Below are positions 1 through 7,311 of a DNA stretch of 18,784 nt, in pieces (position 1 is the first letter of the stretch; the number at the start of each line of letters is the position of its first letter). Source of the stretch: an uncultured bacterium (lineage in GTDB: Bacteria; Zixibacteria; MSB-5A5; JAABVY01; JAHJOQ01); contig CBDUQR010000050.1 in the NCBI GenBank assembly GCA_965369655.1, forward strand, positions 1 to 18,784. The letters run 5' to 3'. Position numbers and translations under genes: made by a program. The notes beneath the pieces are model-generated. The model saw nothing but the letters and a program-made list of their open reading frames with translations. It made no database searches and had not been told where the DNA came from.

Positions 1-2
1 GA

Positions 3-578
3 TTTGGCGAATTCGACAGCGCTCTCGTCTATAGCAAAGAGGCGTTCAAATGGGCAACGGGATTCGATGCTTTGCTGAACTATTCACTAATGCTGGCCCA
101 ACTTGACCCCTCGAATGAGTCTGAAGCTCGCAAAGTAATGGAGGAAGGATCTAAGGAGTTCCGGGAAAAGGTCCCTGCGGAGCTTTGGTATCTTGTTGAT
201 AATCTTGAAAATGTCTTCGATGGATATTGCAGAGCCGACACTGGTCTTGTTATCGAAGCTCTTCAGAAGTTTCTCGATGAAGCTGACAATATGAGTTCGG
301 GTGACATTCTTCAACTTGGTAGTCTACTGGTGGAGACGGGTCGCTTCCGCGAAGGGAAAGAAGCGCTTGAAAAACTCCTTTCGGGTGAGTACGAAACTCC
401 AAATGCTTTCCGACAGCTACTCGATGCTTACTACCTCGGTCGGGCGTGTGAGGGTCTCGGAGAGTTTCAGGAGGCGAAATCGTATTATGAGACTGTCCTG
501 AAGTATTGGGGAAATGCCGATATTCAGTTAAAAGAGATCATCGACACGAAACGACGGCTCAGGATGCTGACGAGTTGA
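3..578 (+). CDS. Tetratricopeptide-repeat protein, C-terminal part (5' end lies outside the window)
   Basis: The frame is open from base 3 (FGEFDSALVYSKEAF...) through the listed 72..578 ORF. TPR-like helices LGSLLVETGRFREGKEALEKLL and AYYLGRACEGLGEFQEAKSYYETVL. Confidence 0.75.
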   Translation, partial: FGEFDSALVYSKEAFKWATGFDALLNYSLMLAQLDPSNESEARKVMEEGSKEFREKVPAELWYLVDNLENVFDGYCRADTGLVIEALQKFLDEADNMSSGDILQLGSLLVETGRFREGKEALEKLLSGEYETPNAFRQLLDAYYLGRACEGLGEFQEAKSYYETVLKYWGNADIQLKEIIDTKRRLRMLTS

Positions 579-1197
579 GATCTCGTCAGTGCTTCTTTCT
601 CGACAGATGCGAAAACAGGGTCTTAATCCTGACACATTCCCAACAAACCCTGAATACTGCCTGCTCGTTTTCCACCCCGCTCAAAAGCTTTCTGTCACTG
701 TTGGTGGCAAACATGCTGTTTTCACACCGATTCATAGAAAATTTATTAGGGAAAGCGAGTCGTGATCGGCTCACCAACAAGAGGACTGAAATGACAAGGA
801 AGAGGAGCGCTGATAAGTGCACGGTTTGCTCTGCATCAGCCGCATGGGCTAAGCGTACTGCGATGATAGCTCTGCTGTTTGCATTCAGCGAGACAGCTTC
901 TGCGGGCGAGTGGTGGGAGAATATCAGGTTCAACGGCGATTTGAGGTATCGTCACGAGTTGATCGATGCGGAAGGCAAACCTGATCGCAGCCGGCATCGC
1001 ATCCGTGCGAGGCTCGGCATGTATGGAAAAGTGAATGAGAATATGACCGTAGGAATTCAACTCGCTACCGGCTCTGACAATCCTGTCTCGACCAACCAGA
1101 CTATCGGAGGTGGTTTTTCGAGCAAGAATGTCGTGCTCGATCTTGCGTATTTCGAGGCAAAGCATGATGCGCTTCCCGGTATCAAATTGTCCGTCGT

Positions 1198-1285
1198 CGG
1201 CAGACGTCCTCGCAAAGTCCTGAGCCTCGATGGGCGAGTCCTGAGCTTCGAAGGGTCTGTCCTCATCTTGCGTGGACATCTGCCG
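1198..1285. repeat. REP/MITE-like palindromic element with internal 21-bp tandem units
   Basis: 18-bp inverted repeats CGGCAGACGTCCTCGCAA (1198-1215) and TTGCGTGGACATCTGCCG (1268-1285), 16/18 match. Inside: GTCCTGAGCCTCGATGGGCGA (1217-1237) and GTCCTGAGCTTCGAAGGGTCT (1238-1258). Confidence 0.7.
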
Positions 1286-1304
1286 GGCACAGAAGAGCAT
1301 ACGA

Positions 1305-1331
1305 AAGCGCGGGACATGGTATCCCGCGCTT
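1305..1331 (-). terminator. Intrinsic terminator-like hairpin downstream of the VOC gene (possibly bidirectional)
   Basis: Perfect 10-bp stem AAGCGCGGGA / TCCCGCGCTT with a 7-nt loop, about 25 nt past the VOC stop codon. Short T runs on both strands. Confidence 0.65.
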
Positions 1332-1355
1332 CTTCGCTTTCAAGTGATCGAACTA

Positions 1356-1736
1356 TCAGCCCTGCGGCATCGTAATCAATGCAACAACCGCTCCGCCGGG
1401 ATCGCTAATCACAGAGAATCGCCCGACTGTCGGGATGTCTGTCGGAGGTACGAGTATCTTTGCGCCGAGTTCCTCGGCCTTCTTTGTCTTGGCATCGGTA
1501 TCGGCGACAGCGATATATGACAGCCAGTGCGGCGGGACATCACCCATCTCCCTGGTTATCTTCATCATACCGCCGACCATGGTCTCCCCCTGTTTGAATA
1601 CCGTGTAGGTCATTCCGCCCATGTCGGAATCTTCGGCCTTCCAACCGAGCAGCTCCGTGAAGAACTTCTTGCAGCCATCGACGTCATTGGTGGCAAGCTC
1701 GTTCCAACAGAAAGTACCGTTCTCAGCCATCGCCAT
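1356..1736 (-). CDS. VOC family (glyoxalase/bleomycin-resistance) protein
   Basis: GTFCWNELATND..KKFFTELLGW, PPHWLSYIAVAD, GAKILVPPTDIPTVGRFSVISDPGGA are characteristic VOC motifs. AGGAGA SD upstream. Confidence 0.92.
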   Translation of the reverse strand: MAMAENGTFCWNELATNDVDGCKKFFTELLGWKAEDSDMGGMTYTVFKQGETMVGGMMKITREMGDVPPHWLSYIAVADTDAKTKKAEELGAKILVPPTDIPTVGRFSVISDPGGAVVALITMPQG

Positions 1737-1840
1737 GATCTTCTCCTGTCGTTTTGGGTTTGTTTATCGGTCTGTATTTAGGGGAGATTCCACGAGTTCG
1801 TCAATCATTTTGTTCAGGCTAAAGTTGCCAAGAATCGACG

Positions 1841-1864
1841 GGGCGGCAGGTTGTCCCGCCGCCC
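1841..1864 (-). terminator. GC-rich hairpin after the S9 peptidase gene
   Basis: Minus-strand RNA GGGCGGCGGG-ACAA-CCUGCCGCCC gives a 10-bp stem with one G-U pair, about 28 nt after the stop. The U-tail is weak. Confidence 0.55.
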
Positions 1865-1892
1865 GTAAGAAATCACATTTATCTCTGCTGAT

Positions 1893-3875
1893 TTACTTCA
1901 TCACATGTTGCATTGTGAATGCGTAGCTGCGCGAGAGATCGAAAATGATCTGCTTCTTGAAAGACCCGCCGTGACCGGCTTCGGTCTCCTCGTAGTACCA
2001 GACCGGCTTGCCGAGTGATGACAGCACATACGCGAGCCGTCTCGGATCTGACGGCGGTACGCGCGGGTCATAGAAACCAGCCGTCACCAGCATTGGCACG
2101 CTGACATTCTCAGCCTTGAATATCGGCGAGAGCTTGTGGGTGAGTTCGCTGCCGACAGTGCCCATCTCGCGCTCCCAACCCTGTGAGAAATTCTGGTTCT
2201 TCGACTTCTGATTTGTCCAGTCGACATCTGACACGCCGACATCAGATACCACACACGCGATCTTCTCAGGGCATGTCGTGGCGAGCCAGTTGACTACATA
2301 GCCGCCGTACGACGCTCCCCAGACAGCGATCTGGCCAGGATTCGAGAGCTTCTGATCTATCAGATAGTCGATCGCGCGTTCGCAGTCGATGAGCGATGCG
2401 AACCTGCCTTCGAGATTGTCCATTCTCTCGTATGCTGGGCCATAGCCGGTCGATCCACGGACATTCGGGAACATCACGACAAATCCCTTCGACAACGCAA
2501 ACGCGATATTGCGCTGGAAATACGGCCTGCTTTGTCCGGGAGGCCCGCCATGATAATTGATGATCGCCGGATTCGAGCCGTCCCGATTCGCTGTCTTTGG
2601 GACATAAAGCAACGCTGGGATTTCGAGACCGTCATCCGACTTGTACCGGATCACTTCGACTGAGATGTCAGAAAAGTCGAACCCGAATGTCGATATCTTG
2701 CCAATCTGCTGGATATCCGTATCACCAATGCTGAATTTGAACGCTGTCGGGGCGGTCGTTGGCGATGAGAACGAGAATACGATATCTCCGAGCTCGTTTG
2801 TCGACAACCCGCCAGCGACGCCGATCTCCGGCTGCGGCACATCGATGACCTTGCCGGTCAGATCAAACGCTGCCAGTTCCGAGTAGCCGTCGAGATTGAG
2901 GCCGGTTACGATGATGCCTTGCTTCTTGATGAATGTGTAATCTTCAGTCTCTTTCTTCGGATCAAAGATTACCTTGAACTCCATCGGTTTCGCTGGATCG
3001 AGCAGGCAGAATTTCATGAATTCTTCATCGCTTGATTCTGCAGACGTCAACGCAAGTATCATTCCATCTTCCGTGAATCCCGCGCCCCATATCAGAGACG
3101 TGTCGGAAAGCTGTGTGATCTCGCCGGATGCTGCGTCGAGCATAAAGAGAATCGTCTCAGAGAACGAAAGATACCTGATAAACAGAATCTTGCCCTGATC
3201 ATAGTCGGTAGGATAGAATGCTCCCGGCTCAGTGTAGAGCGTATCGAGCGTGCCTGTCGACATCGTGTATCGGCAGATGTGCATGTCTGGACCAGCCTGT
3301 GTGAACAAATAGAACTGATCCGCGTTGTCCTCGTCGAAAATCGGTCCGACATAGCGCACAGTGCGGCTTTCGAGCAGCGGCTTGAACGATCCGTCTCTCT
3401 CGAACCGCCAGAGATCATGCATCTCGTCGCCGAACTTGTTCACGCGGACGATAATGAAATCGCCAGATGGATGCGCGGCAAATGCGCTTATGATAAAACC
3501 CTCGTCCGGCCAGCTATTCGGTGTGAGCTGGATCGGCCAGCCCATCGGGCCATCCATATAGAACAGCGCTTGACTCTCGCCGGTCAGGCGCATCATGAAA
3601 TAAATCCTGCCGGTGTTGTCGATCTGTGGGCTTGTGACCAGATCGATTCCGAGCAGGAATCCGAGTTCTTTCTGGGTCGATTCCCAGTATGGGTTTTCAT
3701 CGAGCATCGCTTTCGTTACGGCATTGGCGCTGTCGATGTACGACATGATCTTCGCCGTGTCGGTCGTCACCCAGGGATCGATCTCGCCGAGAATCGTCTC
3801 GACATCCCCGGCATGGGCAACGACACTCATCATCACCATCGCGATAAGCGCGATAAGAATCCGATTCAATTTCAT
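1893..3875 (-). CDS. Secreted S9 family (prolyl oligopeptidase / acylaminoacyl peptidase-like) serine peptidase
   Basis: Signal peptide (..VAHA) and GGAGG SD. HGGP oxyanion motif, PNVRGSTGYG, nucleophile elbow GASYGG, Asp in YDPRV and His in AGHG. A long N-terminal propeller-like region precedes the catalytic domain. Confidence 0.92.
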   Translation of the reverse strand: MKLNRILIALIAMVMMSVVAHAGDVETILGEIDPWVTTDTAKIMSYIDSANAVTKAMLDENPYWESTQKELGFLLGIDLVTSPQIDNTGRIYFMMRLTGESQALFYMDGPMGWPIQLTPNSWPDEGFIISAFAAHPSGDFIIVRVNKFGDEMHDLWRFERDGSFKPLLESRTVRYVGPIFDEDNADQFYLFTQAGPDMHICRYTMSTGTLDTLYTEPGAFYPTDYDQGKILFIRYLSFSETILFMLDAASGEITQLSDTSLIWGAGFTEDGMILALTSAESSDEEFMKFCLLDPAKPMEFKVIFDPKKETEDYTFIKKQGIIVTGLNLDGYSELAAFDLTGKVIDVPQPEIGVAGGLSTNELGDIVFSFSSPTTAPTAFKFSIGDTDIQQIGKISTFGFDFSDISVEVIRYKSDDGLEIPALLYVPKTANRDGSNPAIINYHGGPPGQSRPYFQRNIAFALSKGFVVMFPNVRGSTGYGPAYERMDNLEGRFASLIDCERAIDYLIDQKLSNPGQIAVWGASYGGYVVNWLATTCPEKIACVVSDVGVSDVDWTNQKSKNQNFSQGWEREMGTVGSELTHKLSPIFKAENVSVPMLVTAGFYDPRVPPSDPRRLAYVLSSLGKPVWYYEETEAGHGGSFKKQIIFDLSRSYAFTMQHVMK

Positions 3876-3907
3876 CTATACCTCCTGTAGATCATGAATT
3901 TCGTGCC

Positions 3908-3936
3908 AAGATAATCCAGAATGGTCGTTCGGGCAA
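3908..3936 (-). promoter_or_regulatory. Candidate sigma70 promoter of the peptidase gene
   Basis: Minus strand TTGCCC-17 bp-TATCTT, about 32 nt upstream of the ATG. Confidence 0.4.
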
Positions 3937-3953
3937 GCGGTTTGGGGCGAAAC

Positions 3954-4029
3954 TGTCACCGATACAGGTTCAAAACCTGACCAGAGCCATCATATATCAG
4001 CCTGATGAACAACCCTTCATCAGGCGACA
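3954..4029. repeat. Double-hairpin REP-like element, possibly also a terminator for the dockerin-domain gene
   Basis: Ends TGTCACC / GGCGACA are imperfectly inverted. Hairpins CAGGTT-caa-AACCTG (3965-3979) and a perfect 10-bp GCCTGATGAA-caaccc-TTCATCAGGC (4000-4025). Confidence 0.55.
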
Positions 4030-4054
4030 ATTGATGACGAGTACCTTGCCGTTG

Positions 4055-4573
4055 TCAGCAGTCGGGGAAACCATCGTCGTTGGGATCGCAGGGATTCGGT
4101 CCTCCGCCGAAGATGTAGTAAATGAGATAAACTACATCATCCAGATCAATGCCGCCAGAACAGTCGGCGTCACCGATGGCATATGGATTCGGTTCCGGAC
4201 CACCACCAAAGATATAGTAAATAAGAAAGACGACGTCGTCCAGGTCTATACCCCCACTGCCATCCGCGTCGCCACAGACAGGCGGCTCAGCGCCGCAATC
4301 GGAGAGCGTGTAGGCGGTCAGGCATCCCTGACCCTGCACGCAGTCAGTCTGGCAATCCGGATCGATTGTACCGACAGCGCGAACATAGTCACCTGTCTGA
4401 TAGCCCTGAAGATCATCGAGCTCGTAGCTGCCATGATTGTCGGAAACGAAAAAGACGCAGCCAGCTATTGTCCCATCGAGTATCCTGCCACAATCATCTA
4501 TCGCCTGACCACTGACGCTGCCCGAGATCAGAGACAGAATCAGCGACATGATACCTATACTGACATACCTCAT
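4055..4573 (-). CDS. Small secreted Cys-rich protein with a C-terminal dockerin type I-like (paired EF-hand) domain
   Basis: Signal peptide and GGGAGG SD. A roughly 70-aa domain with six Cys, then two repeats GDADGSGGIDLDDVVFLIYYIFGGGPEP and GDADCSGGIDLDDVVYLIYYIFGGGPNP. Confidence 0.85.
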   Translation of the reverse strand: MRYVSIGIMSLILSLISGSVSGQAIDDCGRILDGTIAGCVFFVSDNHGSYELDDLQGYQTGDYVRAVGTIDPDCQTDCVQGQGCLTAYTLSDCGAEPPVCGDADGSGGIDLDDVVFLIYYIFGGGPEPNPYAIGDADCSGGIDLDDVVYLIYYIFGGGPNPCDPNDDGFPDC

Positions 4574-4745
4574 TATAACCTCCCTATAACCATGCGGTCC
4601 GGCTCATCGCGATCGGACAGGCCGCATGAACCATACCGTTATTAGATAGTCGACATTTCCCGCTTCCCAATTAAGGATTCTTCGAGAAGTCGGACATTCA
4701 GGGATGAAAAGTGGCAATAGTGAAACCGACAACTCACCAACAGTA

Positions 4746-4774
4746 ATAATGCAGTTTTAAGCGCATTCTGTCAA
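4746..4774 (-). promoter_or_regulatory. Candidate sigma70 promoter for the dockerin-domain gene
   Basis: Minus strand TTGACA-17 bp-CATTAT. Confidence 0.4.
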
Positions 4775-4871
4775 CCGCAAAAACATCTTTCCTTTCACAG
4801 CTCGGGATTGAACTTGACAGAATGGATGCAAGCGATCGTTGTGAGTTACAACGTGTTAGAGCAGTAGAGAA

Positions 4872-5627
4872 TCAGAGCTTCGGCTCGGACTTGCGTTTGA
4901 AGTACGTATCTAGTCGAACTTCAGTCCCCCATTGAAAAGGAATGCCGTGGTCTTTTTGGGAATAGACGGAAATCGTCAACATGGCACGAGACATGAAATT
5001 GAGTGACTTCAGAAGAAAATCATCGTCGATCGTAGGAGGGTTTTCACCATGGACAATCGCGTTTCTGGTCTTATCAATTTCGCGCCAGAATTCTATGCCA
5101 TCGTACACCCAAGGATCAGAAGACAACTTAAGTTTCTTGATGAAGTAATCACGCTTCTCTTGCAATCCCTTATAGCTGAAACTATTGATCTCCGATTCGA
5201 CAATGTGCCTGAAGATAGCATGGTCATCCTTGAGATCCACGATCTTCTTATAGTCCAGTTTCCGGTCGACGTTTTTCAGAAGTTGTGGAAATGTGTGAAG
5301 ATAGATCCGTAGGACATGGCAGAGAAAACTCTCGAAATTCGAAAACCCGGCTACTAGTAGTTGATTTCTGAGCATAGGCAAGCCATCTTGAATAATCCCA
5401 TTCACTTGATTTGGCATAGCTTCTTCAGCAATTCCCGCAAAAGCCTCCGGGCTTGCATTAGGCTGTAAGTACTCCAATCCCAATTCGAGGAATTCCTTCC
5501 GTTGGCTCTCTACTAGCTTCTGAAGCGAAGCTGGGTCAGACAGAGCATTCTTACTGAACTGGTAGAAGTACCACAATCTGTTGGTGTAGAAGTAACTCTC
5601 GAGTTTGATTTCCATGCTTGATGTCAT
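4872..5627 (-). CDS. HEPN-motif protein (putative RNase, resembling MAE_28990/RiboL-PSP-type HEPN)
   Basis: Helical protein with an N-terminal FSNFESFL glutamate motif and a C-terminal EIDKTRNAIVHG, which is the R-X4-H HEPN signature. Lower GC than the flanking core genes. Confidence 0.65.
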   Translation of the reverse strand: MTSSMEIKLESYFYTNRLWYFYQFSKNALSDPASLQKLVESQRKEFLELGLEYLQPNASPEAFAGIAEEAMPNQVNGIIQDGLPMLRNQLLVAGFSNFESFLCHVLRIYLHTFPQLLKNVDRKLDYKKIVDLKDDHAIFRHIVESEINSFSYKGLQEKRDYFIKKLKLSSDPWVYDGIEFWREIDKTRNAIVHGENPPTIDDDFLLKSLNFMSRAMLTISVYSQKDHGIPFQWGTEVRLDTYFKRKSEPKL

Positions 5628-5640
5628 TTCACTTTCCAGT

Positions 5641-5664
5641 TGGTGTCCACGCTTGCGTGAGGTC
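5641..5664. repeat. Short single-hairpin relative of the 6934 and 7312 repeats
   Basis: TGGTGTCCACGCTTGCGTGAGGTC contains a CACGC/GCGTG palindrome and resembles the left end of the long repeats (TGGTGCCCCACCGCTTCAGGCGGGATC). The flank TTCCAGTTGGTG matches TTCCAGATGGTG next to the 7312 copy. Confidence 0.55.
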
Positions 5665-5671
5665 TAGAGCT

Positions 5672-6856
5672 CTATTCCTCCAGTCTATTGAGTCGCTCTT
5701 CCAATTGATCCAACTTCGTCAGCGCATCCTGTGTGTGGAGCCTTCCGGCTCTCATCTCCATGTGGATATTCTCCAATTCGGCGTTGATGTAATCCACTTC
5801 ATCTTGGGCATCACTGGGTTCAAATTGATCTCGTAAGTCTCGGTTGGCGCGACTCTCTGCAAAACCCTTGTCTAATCGTGTTGTCACTTCAGCCAGCTCT
5901 TCGTATAGCGCAAACAGACGCTGCGACTTGAGAAGATGCTCTTCTATGGACTCACGGATCGACGAGTGGGTATGCTTCAGCGCGGCTTCCAGAAGGGCGC
6001 ACTTAGTGCGGCGCTCAGAAATACCATCTGCCTCATCTTGACTTGATGACATCAAGTCATAGTGCTTAATGTAGCTGTCCAAGGAATCTTCTATGTTCGG
6101 GTGGTCGGAATGGGACTGGAGCCATGTTTGCAGCCAAACGTGATACGGAGTTACACCTCCGACTTCGGATATCTCAGCCACGGTGTTTTGAAGTCTGATT
6201 ATGTCATCCATACCGATTAGCTCAATAGGCTTATCTTGAGCAAAATCATAAACCCCTGAAGTGAAACCAGCTGTACAAACTAGAATAGCCTCATCTGCAC
6301 CAGTATGAAGCAAAGCCCCGTACAGTTCACGAACAACAGCAGGGTTAACAGGTCGTTTGTGACGCTTACACTGAACAATCGTAAGTTTATCACCTTTTGT
6401 CATCGCGATATCGACGCCCTTATCTCCACTCGCAGGAGTCACCTCCACATTGTAATCGTGGTTTCGGAACAAGGCAGCAATCTCGAATTCGAATTCACGC
6501 CCTGATAGAGAATCCCAATATTCCCGTCTTGTCTTTTCATGCCACCTCACGTAGCGCGCCGAGGCAATTTCGAACTGATAGAATCCCTCTATGAGGTCGC
6601 GATTTCTGTAATTCCAGAACTTTATCAAACGTTTACTGTCTGAAACCTGAAGTCCGATTAAGAGAAGTCCAAAGAAAGCAGCGAGTCCAATGAGTCCACC
6701 AACGATCTTCCACGCCAGCAAGCCACCGAGAATGGATAGAAAATATAAGAACCAGGATAAGCATTTGTTTACCCGCTCACCTTTCTCGATAGCACAGCTG
6801 ATTAGATCGACTTCAGAGTCAGCTAATCCGTAATCCTCTAGTTTCGGTTGTTTCAT
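5672..6856 (-). CDS. Membrane-anchored Mrr-type (PD-(D/E)xK) restriction endonuclease-domain protein with C-terminal helical/coiled-coil extension
   Basis: Two N-terminal hydrophobic helices. Mrr_cat motifs LSGREFEFEIAALF, TPASGDKGVDI, IVQCKRH, VVRELYG, GFTSGVYDFAQDKPIELI. About 160 aa of helical tail. Confidence 0.85.
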   Translation of the reverse strand: MKQPKLEDYGLADSEVDLISCAIEKGERVNKCLSWFLYFLSILGGLLAWKIVGGLIGLAAFFGLLLIGLQVSDSKRLIKFWNYRNRDLIEGFYQFEIASARYVRWHEKTRREYWDSLSGREFEFEIAALFRNHDYNVEVTPASGDKGVDIAMTKGDKLTIVQCKRHKRPVNPAVVRELYGALLHTGADEAILVCTAGFTSGVYDFAQDKPIELIGMDDIIRLQNTVAEISEVGGVTPYHVWLQTWLQSHSDHPNIEDSLDSYIKHYDLMSSSQDEADGISERRTKCALLEAALKHTHSSIRESIEEHLLKSQRLFALYEELAEVTTRLDKGFAESRANRDLRDQFEPSDAQDEVDYINAELENIHMEMRAGRLHTQDALTKLDQLEERLNRLEE

Positions 6857-6933
6857 TACAGGAATCCATCAAAGGTCATATATGGGCCGCTAACTTCTAT
6901 TTACATGGTCTCCAGAGAAACCCGCTTTCAGGC

Positions 6934-7005
6934 TGGTGCCCCACCGCCTTCGGCGCGATTCTCATCCGAGAACTGAAGAAATGCCCTCCTAGGGGGTGAG
7001 CCACC
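6934..7005. repeat. REPIN-like repeat, copy A (72 bp)
   Basis: TGGTGCCCCACCGCCTTCGGCGCGATTCTCATCCGAGAACTGAAGAAATGCCCTCCTAGGGGGTGAGCCACC aligns end to end with 7312-7385. Imperfect inverted ends GGTGCCCCACC / GGTGAGCCACC. Confidence 0.85.
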
Positions 7006-7009
7006 TACA

Positions 7010-7288
7010 TCAATCGCCTATAGCTGGATGTTGGGAATTCTCCTCGTTCTTGATTTCAGCAATTCGTTTCCTCTCTTCTGCTGCTTTCCGCTTGAAATAC
7101 AGAGATAGCCATGACTCTGATCTCGACAAGAACAACGTCAACAACGTGAAGATAGGGGTAACAACCACGAGGAGAAAGAAAATGAATACTCTTTCGCCTT
7201 CGCCCGGCGAGGGGATTCCCCCCACTTGAACCACGAGCCCTAGTGAAATCAGCAAGAGTACGTTCAGAATGATTGCTGCTATTCTCAT
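7010..7288 (-). CDS. Small two-transmembrane-helix hypothetical protein with a charged C-terminal helix
   Basis: AGGA SD 7 nt before the ATG. Two hydrophobic segments, then SWLSLYFKRKAAEERKRIAEIK. It fills the space between repeats A and B. Confidence 0.75.
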   Translation of the reverse strand: MRIAAIILNVLLLISLGLVVQVGGIPSPGEGERVFIFFLLVVVTPIFTLLTLFLSRSESWLSLYFKRKAAEERKRIAEIKNEENSQHPAIGD

Positions 7289-7311
7289 TTCATGATCCTT
7301 TCGATTCCAGA

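Larger units (their letters stand above)
791..1375 (+). pseudogene. Putative outer-membrane porin (Porin_5-like), N-terminal fragment; porin-like sequence stops at about 1190
   Basis: GAGGA SD at 781-785, ATG at 791, signal peptide ending ASA. Then IRFNGDLRYRHE..RHRIRARLG..GIQLATGSDNPVSTNQTIGGGFSSKNVVLDLAYF, which I recognise as a putative-porin N-terminus. After LPGIKL the frame runs through a palindromic repeat and a terminator, and the product is too short for a full barrel. Confidence 0.7.

Noticed and set aside
506-790. Upstream extension of the 289-aa ORF
   Set aside because: It overlaps the TPR gene and looks non-coding. The SD and signal peptide support the ATG at 791.
836-1300. 154-aa minus-strand ORF with EAQD repeats
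   Set aside because: The peptide repeat is just the translation of the 21-bp units in the palindromic element, and the rest is antisense to the porin fragment.
3893-3908. Sigma54 promoter (TGGCACG on the minus strand)
   Set aside because: The -12 position reads TTCAT and lacks the conserved GC.
4031-4645. 204-aa plus-strand ORF, and similar ORFs at 3279-3890, 9298-9825, 10547-11230 and 14366-15001
   Set aside because: Antisense or alternate-frame shadows of well-supported genes, with no recognisable motifs.
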